This document shows positions 12,302 to 24,304 of a stretch of DNA of 64,000 nt, piece by piece (the stretch's first letter is position 1; each line of letters begins with the position of its first letter). The stretch spans positions 7,176-71,175 of the forward strand of contig JAQGDQ010001003.1 in assembly GCA_030141605.1 (NCBI GenBank), written 5' to 3'. Below the pieces are notes generated by a model. It was not told the origin of the DNA and did no database searches. It was given only the letters and a program-made list of their open reading frames with translations. Position numbers and translations under genes: made by a program. This stretch comes from Tubiluchus corallicola. Lineage: Eukaryota > Animalia > Priapulida.

Positions 12302-12487
12302 AGCACTTATCATTACGGCAAGAAGTTAGTGGATGCGGCAGCCATGTTGAGAAAGTCTTGCCGACAGTCGTCAAAATCTGATTTAAAGCAGGAACTGCAC
12401 AGCGTCTGGAAAAAGTTCTGTGCCGGAGCCACTGAGCGCACGGCCCGACTCTTGGTTGCCTACGTGTTTCACAGTCATTCCGATAAG
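12302..12487 (+). CDS. SESTD1: SESTD1-like exon H
   Basis: tttgtAG|AGC...AAG|GTAGGT, 186 nt. STYHYGKKLVDAA...VWKKFCAGATERTARLLVAYVFHSHSDK versus recalled SESTD1 STYDYGRQLL...VWKQF...FHSNAEK. Confidence 0.92.
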
Positions 12488-12608
12488 GTAGGTGTAGAAA
12501 CTCACGGTGCATCCAAACTAGCTGTGCCGGCGCCACTGAGCGCACAGCCCGCCTCTTGGTTGCCTACGTGTTTCACAGTCATTCCGATAAGGTAGGTATA
12601 GAAACTCA

Positions 12609-12737
12609 TGGCGTATCCAAATTAGCGAGTATTCTGTCGCGCGTTTTTGCTCTGATCAGCAAACTCTCAAGTGTGAACTGTTTGCGAGTTACTTGGTGAG
12701 CCAACTTGGTGAGAAAACTCCCTAGTCTGAACACACC
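12609..12737. mobile_element. Degenerate relative of the Harbinger-like MITE
   Basis: Shares aaactc-caagtgtgaactg-ttgcga and ctagtctgaac with 31201-31444. Confidence 0.55.
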
Positions 12738-12987
12738 ATTAGTGAAGTTCATTTTTCTAATGTTACTTGATGAGTTCCTGTAGATTTTGGAATGTTTTGA
12801 ATTAGCTTTAAATTATTTTTCAGATTAAAAATTGCTCTAAAACATAATCAAGAAATCAAGTGGGTTATTTTTACCACTCTGTAAGCACTTTGTTTAAACA
12901 TAATTTATTATAGGATTGGATCAGACAGTTTGAACAACATGATTTAGGATCCTCACCACAACAGACTTTATACACTATTTACAAAAA

Positions 12988-13208
12988 ACATTTACAATAA
13001 GAATAGACTATAACTACACAAGCTGACAAGTTTTACTACAAGAATACATTAGACATTAGTAACATTTACAGTAATAATAGACTATAACTACCTAAGCTGA
13101 CAAGTTTTACTGCAAGATTACATTAGACATTAGTAACATTTACAGTAAGAATAGACTATAATTACATAAGCTGACAAGTTTTACTGTAAGATTACATTAG
13201 ACATTAGT
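12988..13208. repeat. 74-bp tandem repeat, 3 copies
   Basis: acatttacagtaagaatagactataa...acattagacattagta. Confidence 0.85.
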
Positions 13209-13248
13209 AGAAAATGACGGTTAGAAAACATTAATGTACGAATATTTA

Positions 13249-13384
13249 AGACTGATGCATTTCACATCAGATAGACACTACTGGAAGTGTTTAGTACATA
13301 ATATAAAGTCATGTATGCATTGGACTTTATATTACATACTAAACGCTTCCAGTAGTGTCTATCTGATATGAAATGCATCAGTCT
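13249..13384. repeat. 136-bp near-perfect palindrome
   Basis: 62-bp arms agactgatgcatttc...ataaagtc and gactttata...gaaatgcatcagtct with about 4 mismatches. Confidence 0.9.
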
Positions 13385-13627
13385 CTGTAAGCCACTTACA
13401 TAGAAACTGCGGGGAAAAGCTGGATAGTGTGTTAGTAATGTCTGTGTGAAATGACATAATATTAGGAAGCCAGATAAAACAGAAGTAGATTAAGTGTTTT
13501 GCTACAGGAAGCCACTTTCTGGCATCGGCGAGTCATACATTCGTCTGTAATTGTAATCTATTATGAAATAAACATTAGTAAAATAACACATGTAGTTCAT
13601 TTCATTTAATCATAACTGTGCCCTTAA

Positions 13628-13865
13628 GGAATTACATACATTATGCTATTGCTTCTACTAAGCTTAAAATTATTACATACATTATGCTATTACTTATACT
13701 AAGCTTAAAAATTATTAATTACATACATTATGCTATTACTTATACTAAGCTTAAAAATTATTACATACATTATGCTATTACTTATACTAAGCTTAAAAAA
13801 ACAACAACAACAACAACAAAAAATTACATACATTATGCTATTGCTTCTACTAAGCTTAAGAATTA
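13628..13865. repeat. About 39-43-bp tandem repeat, 5 copies
   Basis: attacatacattatgctattacttatactaagcttaaaa. Confidence 0.85.
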
Positions 13866-13929
13866 AATGAATCACTTCCAGAATTTGGTGGAACCCAAAA
13901 TTTGGCATCCTAGGCAACTGCCTACTTTT

Positions 13930-14260
13930 CTTTAAAGCAATACGGGACCCAATCTTAAACTGTAGGTCAAAACATTCTACTCTGTAACATATTGAAAGGG
14001 AAACATTATTACTGTTTTTTCAAAAACGACTTACGTGAAAGAAGTATTATCGCACGCACGCACGCACGCATGCACGCACACACAAACACAATTTTAAGTT
14101 CTCACCAATTGTTCTTCGCTGTTACGTGCATTTCACCGTTCGCTAGTTAGACGGGCACTAGCACCTACATTTCGGAAACGCATTGCACAAAAACAGGAGG
14201 TGCTGCACCTCTCAGTTCAGATGTGTTAGTTTGTGATGAACTACACGCGTTCAACAGCTC
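13930..14260 (-). mobile_element. TTAA-ended interspersed repeat (other copies at about 30712-30990 and 45532-45790)
   Basis: All three share ttaagattgggtcc-gt-ttgctttaa at one end and aaactaacacat-tgaac internally. The TTAA end suggests Kolobok or piggyBac type, unproven. Confidence 0.6.
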
Positions 14261-14554
14261 TTGCATGAGTACAGTGGAAAATTTGAAATCGAACTTTTAT
14301 CTTAAAATTTGTCTAGTTTTAGTGCAACACTCTCATGGAATATTTTTGCTGTTGCAAATTATGTTAGTTTGTGATGTCATAATTAGCTGGGCTCACCCAC
14401 CTGTAATTAAATTTTTAATAACTTATTTAATTATCAGAAATGCTTTTGCAGTATTAATTGTGTTAAAATGTATACTTTTTATTGTACGTGAAAATGGGGT
14501 AGCAATATGAAAAATCATCCCGTCTTTCATAACAATTTCTTCGTTTAATTTCAG

Positions 14555-14748
14555 CTTCGCACTGCAATCGATCATCTCTTGCATTTGATCAAGATTCAGA
14601 CACGGGGTCTGCCGTTCAGCGTCGTCTGCGCCATCGTTCACGAGTACACGCTGACCAAAGACCGTCTCTTGCATCAGCTCATGGAGACCGTGCGGATGGG
14701 CGTGGCAGTGCGGAAGAGGCTGGAGGTCAAGATATATGATGACTTTAG
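14555..14748 (+). CDS. SESTD1: SESTD1-like exon I (absent from the ORF track on this strand)
   Basis: tttcAG|CTT...AG|GTAACC, 194 nt, phase 0/2. Open frame LRTAIDHLLHL...VRMGVAVRKRLEVKIYDDF; the phase fits the following giant exon. Confidence 0.8.
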
Positions 14749-14837
14749 GTAACCGCAGCATCCTAGCATTGTTTCGTTTCTTTTTCAGCTTCAAAAGAAG
14801 AAGCTAAAGCAATAAATTAAATATTACTTGAAGTACA

Positions 14838-15405
14838 AGAAAACCCTCCACTTACATAAAGCTTAAGAAATTTGTCTCGAAATTTTGTACCACTTATGTA
14901 CTGCCTTTTCGTACACATGGCTTGCATCAGTCAATAAAACGCTGAATAAAACGTGTAAATTTAAACTCCCGCAATCACAGTTAGGCGCAGCCACTTTAAT
15001 GGTAGGTCGTTTGAAACAAGTTTGTTTTGAAACAAGGCTAGTGAGTGGCGCATCCTGGAGGGTGAGTCAGCGACATTTTACCAATTGGCACAAACATTTT
15101 AAATTATTATTTCTAGTTACATAAGTCTTTCCAGAAGGTAAGTGAAATACTAAGTAATATAGATTTGCACAGAAAGTTTTTCGGGTCATAATTTAACATT
15201 GCCTTTTCTTCACCTGATTTACGTGTTTTAATGACATCATGTAATGGCGCCGTCGGAACAGTATTGCGGGAGATTTAAAATGAAAACAAACAAAAATTCC
15301 TTTCAATGCGAATACGACATGTGCATAAAATTGCTGTAAAGTAGTATAATTTTTTAAGACGATTTTTCTGAAACCTACTTCAGGTGCCCCTTTTCTTGTC
15401 TTTTA
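14838..15405. mobile_element. Unclassified interspersed repeat (deleted copy at 10512-10712, diverged copy at about 50790-51170)
   Basis: Shared blocks aagaaaaccctccacttacataa, gggagatttaaaat...ctacttcaggtgccccttttcttg and cagttagg-gcagcca-tttaa-ggtaggtcgttt. Confidence 0.65.
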
Positions 15406-15790
15406 AGATATTATGCTAGTACAGTAAACTACGTAAAACTCGAACTCTTCGGGTCCTGAAAATTTGTGCGAGTTACGCGAGGGTACGAGTTAGACAACGT
15501 TCGTACGAAAACAAGATTGAGTCGCTCGTCAGTGTAGGACAATACACTGCAGCGTGTGAAAACTGAGCCTTTAATCAAATATTAAACAACAATATTTATG
15601 AATAATGAAAAATAAAATGACCGTTCTACTGCTATTGTAGTCTAATATGGAAATTATCAGTGATGTATTTAATGCTGTACAGTACATAATAAACAGGTAA
15701 AAAAATTTCCATGGAGTTTTTTGTAGTTTAATCCAGTGTCTTAGCAGTGCTTTACTGATGCTTGATGGACATTTTGTTTTTTATTCACAG

Positions 15791-18700
15791 CATGATAGTT
15801 ACTGAAGACGACAAGGCTTCAATCGCTGCCGTCGTGCGCAAGGTGAACAGGCTGCTGAAGAAAAAATCTAAGCTGGAATCGATCTGGGACCACTTGGACG
15901 AGATAGAAACGAGTTTAGCTAATGGCATCGATGTGTCAGATCTTCACGGAAAAGGAAGCGCTTCGTTAAGCGACATTCCGTCTAGATCTGCGGATTTGGA
16001 AACTCCTCCGCGAAGTACGAGGTTGGCCCCTGGTGGGCCGCTGCCGCACGGCAAAAGCGTCTCGACTCCGATATTATCTGAGAATATGATACCGACTAGG
16101 GATACGGATGCTCAAAGTAAACCGCCTCAGTATGTTTTCTCCAGGATTCCGGGCCCGGAGCGGTCCGTATCGGACGTTGTAGTGGGGACGTCTCCTCGGG
16201 ATCGACGGCGCATGTCGTTTGAGGAGTATTGCGCAGCCATTGCTGTGAATTTTGACGAATTGTCGACCGATGACAAGGATTTAGTTCAGAATATGGTCCG
16301 ACAGAGTTACAATAGGCTCGTTAATTCCGACGCACCACTTGAGTCATTAGAAGCTGCGGACAAGAAAAGTTTTGACTACTTGAAAAGGTTTTTGTGCCAC
16401 GAAGAAGCTTATACGATTAGCAAACCTGAGTCTTCAGTACGTCACGATATTGCCATTTTTGACGATAACGAAACTGTGAATAAACTAAAGAAATCGGTGG
16501 AGAATGTGGAAGCGTTTTTATCGCAGTTGACCGTAAAGTTGAAACAGCAGCACGAAAAATCTCAATTTGCCGACGGCGCACAGCCTAAACCACATACTGA
16601 AAGCGACAAAGAACGCGTCGTCAGCCGATCGAGAAGAGGCCGAAAATCTCCAGAGCGAAGAACTGGGCACATGTCCACGTCAGAAGTGCATTCCGATTTT
16701 GAACCGAAACGAGCAAAATTAGACTCTAAAGAATCCGCTTCTCTTGATTTGTGGACACTAAATAACATCGTCGATAAACTGAATCAACCGAGTGCCAGTT
16801 CATCACAGGTGATTATAATTGGTGATGATGGTAGTGAAGTTCCGCTCGATGTGTCACGTCCAAGTTCTGAGCTGCTTTCCGAGGGTGACTTGCACGAAAA
16901 GGTACCGCAGCTGGTATCCCAGTGGCTTCACGAAGAGCAGGAAGCGGCGTCCGGATCGTGGGATATGGAACAAAAGGACTCAGACGAACCAAACTTTGAA
17001 ATTATGGCAGCAGTGCATAGCGAAAGTTCCAAGGGACCGCCACCCGATCTTGCTGCTAGGTTACGGGCACTTTTGGCTGAAGCCCCAACACCAGAACCTG
17101 CTGAGGACCTCGAACTTTCGACGATGAAGACTAGCATGTCTCCAAGGCTACCGGTTGGTAGCGGTGCTGCATCATTGTCACCTACTGCAGAAGTTACCAA
17201 AAGACCCTCATCACAGTCACCCGATCGGTCAGGTTTGTCAGAAAAAGCAAAACCCGATGCTCAGCCGAAAATTTGCGAGTTTGCCGTGTTTGACATCCTC
17301 CCCGCATCTTCTCGTCCTCCTGATTCAGGTAAAGGTAAGAGAGATTCCTGGGAGGAAGTTTCCACGAGTTTTGGCATGTCGGAGGCTGCCAAGTCGCCGT
17401 TGACATCATCACCTCGCAGTACATCTCCTAGTGTTGTTCTCAAGCAGGCGGAGATTGTTGACAGTGTAGCACACCTGCATAGCTCCGTTGCGGGGCGGGA
17501 TAGCTTCTCCTCTCTTGACACGACTGGCGTTGATGATGGCGATGAGTCGTCTTACACCCAAGAAGGTGTGGTGCTCAGTGGTTCATGGTTCGAAGAAGAT
17601 AGTGGTTCTCTATCACCATATGAGCACTCCAGCGACGATGACGAAGATGAGGCCGATGTAAAAGAAGACGTATCAAAAGATAAAACTGACAGCGATAGTT
17701 GGACCTCGGCATCCTATTCGGAAACGTCTGAGGATCTGAAAGAAATGCCAAAATTGAAAGAAACGGTTATTCTGCTAGACGAAGAGCCTGAAAGTGTGCC
17801 GTGGGAGAGTCAAAGCAGTGTGTATGAAGATGCAGGCGATGACGATGCGGATTTTCCCCCACCGCCCACGCCTAAAGAGCAGTTGGAGTTCTACCAAATG
17901 GCCATCGAAGGCTTACGAGAAGACGATGATAAGGATTTTGACTTATCGGCATTACTCGACAGACCGAAGACACCGGAGCCAGGCGAGCGAGCACACGATC
18001 AACTGGACGACGATGATATAACAAGCGAGAGCGACGTGAACAGGCTGGAGAGTAGCAGCGACGAACCATCCAGTGGTGCTGATGCCACTTCCGAAAGGAA
18101 CAACGTAGGCGAGCAAGAATCAGAACAGAGCCCAACAAAGCAGCTAGAAATTCCCAGTGATCTGTCATTTGCTGGGGTAATCTCGCTAGATGCTACGTCA
18201 GAGACGGAGCCCGTTGTTACTGATTCAGTTGCTGAAGATGAACGTGCTGATGATGCAGAACAGTCTGAAACAACAACCAGCGGAAATGCCGCACAGGAAA
18301 TGCCTGCTGCTGCTGCTGATGACTCTAGCATTGCAAGTCAACCTGGTGCAAACGAACCCGATACTCGGATCACAGAAGTGGACATAATGCGTTCAAAGTC
18401 AGCTCGCAGGTCTTCGTTGAAGGACAGATTGAAAGCTTTGTCAAAAAACCTGGAAATGCAGGAAGCCGATGGCAGATTTTTACTGCCCAGCAAAATGGGA
18501 CAAGAACGTGCCGAGTCACTCGAAAGCAATGCGCCACACGTTGACGCTTCACAGCGGAGGGCAGAAAAGCAAGAAACTGTTCAAAAAGGTGACACCGTAC
18601 TTGATGACGATGATTCTGGTTTATCTGGCGCTGTCAAGCAATACGAAGATGATGTGGTTTCCACCGCGTTCCCGACTTCTTTACCAGTTGGCTCTGTAGA

Positions 18701-18890
18701 TGGCGACACGATCCTGTTTTGGAAAAAGTTGGCGGCTAGTGTGAAGGACTTTGTAGCAGAATTAGACAAGAACCGTAGCAAGCAGAAGAGCTGTCTTGAG
18801 GATCTAGGAAAGCTGACAGAACTTACAGATGCAAGTGACAAAGTAGCTGATGATGGTAACGATGTCGGCCTTCTGCGAGGAATGGAAAAG
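15791..18890 (+). CDS. Giant 3.1-kb exon encoding about 1033 aa of acidic Ser/Asp/Glu/Pro-rich, probably disordered sequence
   Basis: Non-repetitive 1051-codon ORF. Acceptor ttttttattcacAG at 15790 gives phase 2, matching exon I. Consensus donor AAG|GTGAGT at 18891 (phase 0); if unspliced, the frame stops at 18917. Confidence 0.9.
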
Positions 18891-20017
18891 GTGAGTGTTA
18901 TAGTAGCTCAAAGGTGATGAAAAGGGAATTGTACAGGCTGTCAGAATGTAAAAAATTCTTAATGGCTTGAAATTTTGGCACCTGGTAAAATTTCACTGCG
19001 TTACATCCCAGTGTGCACCACTGATTAAAAAAAACACGTTATTGATAAATTGTAAGTTATAAGTTATAACTTTATCAAATATGTTCACAACACAAACAAT
19101 CATTATAGCGTAGCACTTAGAAGAATTTAATAACATACTTATTATTATGTACACAAGATGCAAATGACCCGTGGGGTGCTCAACAGCGAGTAATTACTTG
19201 TAGAGAGCACCCCAAATGAATGTGGATTTAGTGAAGTAAAAAAGTGCAGTAAAGGAGTAGAAAAGAAATGTTAATAGAGAATAGAAAGAAAGATTGAAAT
19301 ATGAAAGAAAGAAAGAAATATGATCTTATCGACAAACTAACGTAATTTAAACGTTTGCTTAGTTAGCAAAGTGTGTCACTCTTAATTAATTTTTTCATTT
19401 AATACGTAATATTCATTAAAAATATATAAAAATGTTTACAAGAAGGTATAAAATGTGAAAGCAGGATAAAACACAGAGCACAGGCACAGAGTAAAATTTT
19501 ACAGATAAAAAGGGCTAGTTTATAAGATTATGGGTAAAAGCTATGAATGGTCTGATTATTTTTCTAAACTTTATGCAATGTCATCTAAATTTGTCTCAAA
19601 CTACTTATCATTAAAATGGTTGCACGTAACAGTCATCGTGGCGGTTTAAATTTACATTTTCTGCACAGCATGACTTCTGACACCAGATCTGTGTGCATTA
19701 AGGTAGCATGCAAGTGACACAAGAGGTCAAGACGAATTTTTAAAGCTTTATTAATGAAGAGTGTTTTCTTGTGCTTTAACACGTTTCTGCATTTGTCTAA
19801 CTATAAAGGGTGCCAGTCTTTTAAGGCAAGTCTTGAATTTGGTTTTGTCTGCCACGACTGCGCGCGTTTTCTGGTGGACGTAATCAGTTGTAAACATTTA
19901 GCGCTTATCTGAAGCATGCTTTTGTGGCTTGTCATTGTGAAAGTTTAATTTTTTTTGCAATTGTATGTAGTGGTTTGGCGGTATGAGTACACGCATTAAG
20001 GCCATGTTTGTAAAATC

Positions 20018-20675
20018 TGTGCTTGCATAGCAAAATCGTCCATATGTCAACAAGTAAGCTTTTCTAGCTATTCACTTTACCTGAATCTCCATTTTATGAT
20101 GATCATTTTGATGCTAAGTTCATCACTCTATGTTATTTCTAAGCTGAGATAATCCACGTTGAAGTTGAGGTGCAGGCTATGCAGTGAAAAACATCAGCTT
20201 GAGAAAATCACTGTTAAAGTCAGCCATTGTTTTTGTCGCATTTCTACAAAACACTTAGCAACCGTACAAATGTTGGTTGCTACGGACTTTGCAAAAGCAT
20301 ATTGAAGTTATGTTTAAATCCAGTACATGGCTCTTCCTGATAAAAATGTCAGCTTGGCAAATAGAAAAGAACCCGAATCAAGATGGCTGCTTCCACAAGC
20401 TACTCTTGAAGTTTGAAAATACAAGGTTTTTACAATTGTAGTACTAGTTTTTACACAGAGAAGTGAGTACAGGATTATAAAATTAGATTTTTAGTATTTT
20501 TTCACGTTTTCTTGATAATTTGTTGCTAGAATATAAAAGCCCAATATATTTAGAGTTTGTTTTTATAATAAACAAAAATTGACATTTTACCCAATTTTTG
20601 GTGCATTCTCCTTTGAAGCATCATAACATAGTTTTAACTATGCCGACTTGTGAACAGCTTTGGTTTGCAAGTAAC
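20018..20675 (-). mobile_element. Same TIR element, copy 3
   Basis: Colinear with 7998-8623 over its whole length. Confidence 0.75.
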
Positions 20676-20987
20676 ACATATAATGTTTGCCATGAATTGA
20701 TTGTCTCCAAGAACCTGAGTTCTAACATGAGTTCTGACAGAAACTAACATGTTTTAATTTCGAACGAGGAACAGCGTTCTCGCTAATCTAGTACTGCCGC
20801 CATTCTAATAAAATATTTTTTTTTAATTTAATAAGCAATGTTCACTAAAAGTGTATTAAAGATATTTGCAAGAAAGTATAAAATATGAATGTTTTTACGG
20901 CACAGACTAAAAAACTAGGGATAAAAGCACAGAGAGCCAAGGTTACTTCAGGTGCCTCTTAAAAGATAAATGATTATTAAAATTTAG

Positions 20988-21238
20988 ATTCAGTGGTTTC
21001 TCATTGACTTTTCTTAATTATGCATTAGTCTGTGCGTAGAGTGATTTGCTAGCCGGATCTTCCTTGGGAACAAGAAAAAATGAACTGGGTAAGCTTCTAG
21101 CTAGGTGTTAAAACTGTTACTATTACAATAGCATGGGCTGCGAGGCATTGTCAAGTGTACACAAATGCGTCGTCTGGTACGCTTAACATTTGACGTTTTC
21201 ACGATCATCATCGATCGCTGGAACTGTGAACAGGCTTG
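20988..21238 (+). mobile_element. Unclassified interspersed repeat (copy at about 60400-60670; split reverse copy at 47290-47360 plus 47795-47955)
   Basis: Shared gagtgattt-ctagc...aaaaaatgaact-ggtaa...gttaaaactgttactattacaa...tgtcaagtgtacacaaa. Confidence 0.65.
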
Positions 21239-22672
21239 TATTAGAATTAATTCACTAATTAATGATATCGTTAATCGTCACCTAATTTGAAAATGTTAAT
21301 CTCGTGTTCATCCATCCATTTACTAACCAAGCTTGATGTTGCTTAACTTTGGTAGCTAAATGCATAGTGGGAGCCATGTGCTACAACATTTGCCTGATTT
21401 GCTTAGTTCATATCCGTGCGTAGAGTTTGTTGTAGTCAAATTTTGGCCTTTCGGTTCCGACTTTGAGAGTGCCTAATATTCCAATTCCTTTCCATAAATG
21501 TACGTTTACGACCTCGCTTAGCTGCCTCTACACTCTAGTTCTAATATTAGATAATAGATGGCAGCAGTGCCCAGTCAGCTTTTGGTGAAGCCCTGTTTTG
21601 CTGAACAGCTTTGGGTTGGTTTTGGCCAATGGCCATTTCTTCAACGCTTTAATAGAAAAAGTGCGAGGCTTTAGAAAAAAAGCAGAAATTTGGGTTATCC
21701 CTCTCTTTCCTCCTCCCCAATTAGCTTGTTATTTTTACTGAAAAGTGGGATTTTACTTAGACAGCTAATTAACTAAGAACTTTGTTTCTGCCTAAGTTTC
21801 ATCAGTGCCAGTTTTAACTGTTCAGAATTTCGTATACTCTGTAGTATCTATGTGTACTGCATTTATTTTTCCTCGTTTTTATTACATGTTATTACTTTAT
21901 TACATATTATTACTTTATTACATATTATTACTTTATTACATGTTATTACTTTATTACATGTTTTGTGCACCTATTTTTTTCAGTTCAATTTTTTTAGAAC
22001 TACAAAATAGCAAATATGTGTAGTAAAATGTGATTCATCCAACTAATTTGTAGGCAGCTAACTGTGTAAATCTCCTTGTTTGTCTAAGAATTTTTCTCTG
22101 AGCTTTTTGAAGTGGAATTCAGTGCCAGTGACTATTTTGCTTAATCATAACCTTAGGCAGTGCAGTGCAAGAGGATGTAGTTTTTTTTCTTTTTTAGTTT
22201 ATAATTATCACATTTAGTACAATATAATGACATTAAGCACACAGTGACATCAAAATTATTACGTCATACTGTATTAAAATATTATGTTACATCCACCATC
22301 GTTATCATAAAAGAATAATTGTACTGCAGTGGGCTAGAGAAGCAAAGGCTTGTATAAGCCCACTGTCACGTGAACCCGATAAAAAAGGATTGGATGAGTG
22401 AACAAAAAAAAGAACTGGGAGAAAGGTTAGATCACACAGGAAGGGTAGAAGGATGTGTTAGTGGAAATTGTAAGAAGAAAGATAATAGATTGTGCTATGT
22501 TGAAGATATAGAAAGATGTAGATATTCCATTCGGCCTTTCCAGCGCGGTAGATTCTCGACAAAACCCAGATGTGTGGTACACTATTCATGTCTGCATTTT
22601 CTCGACTTTCTAATCTGCTACACTCAGCGATTATATTTTTATTATGCTTAGTTTTTGCCTATCCTTGCATTA

Positions 22673-23177
22673 CAGTGTTCCCTCGCTACATCGCGGTTCG
22701 TTTATTGCGGACTCGCTGTTTCGCGGGTTTTCAAAAATATTAATGTAAAATATCTATCGCGGTATTTTCGCTGTTTCGCAGGTTTTTGCGGTACTCCGTC
22801 TAAAGTATTTTTGCACATGCGTAGTACGTATTGTACAGCAATCTATAGATTTGATGAATTTTGCATAAAAAACCACAAAATGTGTAAAAATGTATTAAAA
22901 ATATTAATTCTAACATTAAGAGAATATTATAAATCATCAAAAATTATCATTTACAGTAAATAGTGTATTTATTCGGCGGATGAATACACACCAAAAACGA
23001 AATGTAGTACTTGCGCCCGCTTGAGATGCTACTTGCCGACGTGAGATTGTACACAACACATAAAGACACATAATAATGTATAACTACTAAAATAAGTATA
23101 GCATCCCTACTTCGCGGAAATTCACTTATCGCGGGTGGGCCTGGAACGGAACACCCGCGATAAGTGAGGCAACACTG
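22673..23177. mobile_element. pogo/Tigger MITE family 1, second copy
   Basis: Shares about 125 bp of left end and about 95 bp of right end with 346-731 but has a different interior. Confidence 0.8.
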
Positions 23178-23369
23178 CATATGCCTTTACTTTTGTATAA
23201 AAAAATTCTTTTATTGGTCAGTGGTCATCCGGGTTAATTCTGTTGTTTTTTCTTTACAATAAACGTAAGTTACACCAGTTTGGTATTTTTTCGCCTGATC
23301 TCATCAAGCTGTCAAGTTTAAGACACTAGGTCCCGGGTAAACATAACAAACTGCGTAGATGATGATTAG

Positions 23370-23560
23370 TCACACCTCGAGGGAGCACTGTTCGACCATA
23401 ACCCGTCCCAGCACGCGTCTACCCACACACGTGCGCCGGGGGTTTTACGTTTCATGGCGCGTCTATAAATAGCAGCGCATGCGCCGTGCCGCCACGGCAC
23501 TGACTGAAGCCTTTTATGGGGTAGAAGCAGCAGCTTGGGTCTCAAGAGGCAGTGAATTCC
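23370..23560. promoter_or_regulatory. Candidate muscle enhancer/promoter (MEF2/TATA, NRF1-type palindrome, CArG)
   Basis: CTATAAATAG at 23463-23472, GCGCATGCGC at 23475-23484 and CCTTTTATGG at 23510-23519, in a GC-rich island. Confidence 0.5.
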
Positions 23561-24029
23561 CCCCCCCCCACTTCATCTCCGAAATGTTATGATGATTTTT
23601 ATCAAATTTACTTTGGCCGAGGTCGTGTTTACGTGCTGTCGGGATATTTCCTGTTATCCTGCTGTAGCTAACGAACTAATGCAATAACCAAGCTGCCTCT
23701 TAGCTTAAAGTCTGCTTGTAAATCAGCAACTGGTTATGATTCCCAGACTGTAACCATAATAAGTGAGGCTACATAAAAAATGAATCATCGAAGCAAAGTT
23801 TACTTTACAGCATTATCAGCTTTTTTGCTTGCTACGTTTATGCCAACTCACAGAATAAACGTCAAAGTTATGTGTACATGTATTAACTAATTTGGTTTTT
23901 GTATCACTGTCAATATAATTAATTAATATATATATTAATTAATTTGGATTTTGTATCACTGTCAGTACCTTTGGTGTTTAATAATCACATGTTTATTAAA
24001 TACATATTTTTTGTATTTATATATGTGTG

Positions 24030-24062
<33 letters not shown>

Positions 24063-24304
24063 GCGTAAATACAAAAATATGTGTTTAATAACCATGAGTT
24101 TATTACAAAATCCCACTTACATATTACAAAATTAATTAAATTTTCATACCAAATTGAATGACAGGAAATGTGAAAAAGGTTGCATTGCCTGGGACTTGAA
24201 CCAGGGTTTCATTAAATTCATTTTGGGTTTTGTTCCATAGTTAATAGTAATCTTGACATGAAGATTATCATAATTAATGAAAGATGTTCTTGATGCTGAT
24301 TTTA

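Noticed and set aside
14423-14794. 123-aa minus-strand ORF
   Set aside because: Antisense shadow of exon I, whose + frame fits the splice phases on both sides.
15420-15500. TA|CAGTAAAC Tigger-like left end just upstream of the giant exon
   Set aside because: No matching right TIR was found, so no element can be delimited.
16562-18841. Many short alternative-frame and antisense ORFs
   Set aside because: Shadows of the GC-richer giant exon.
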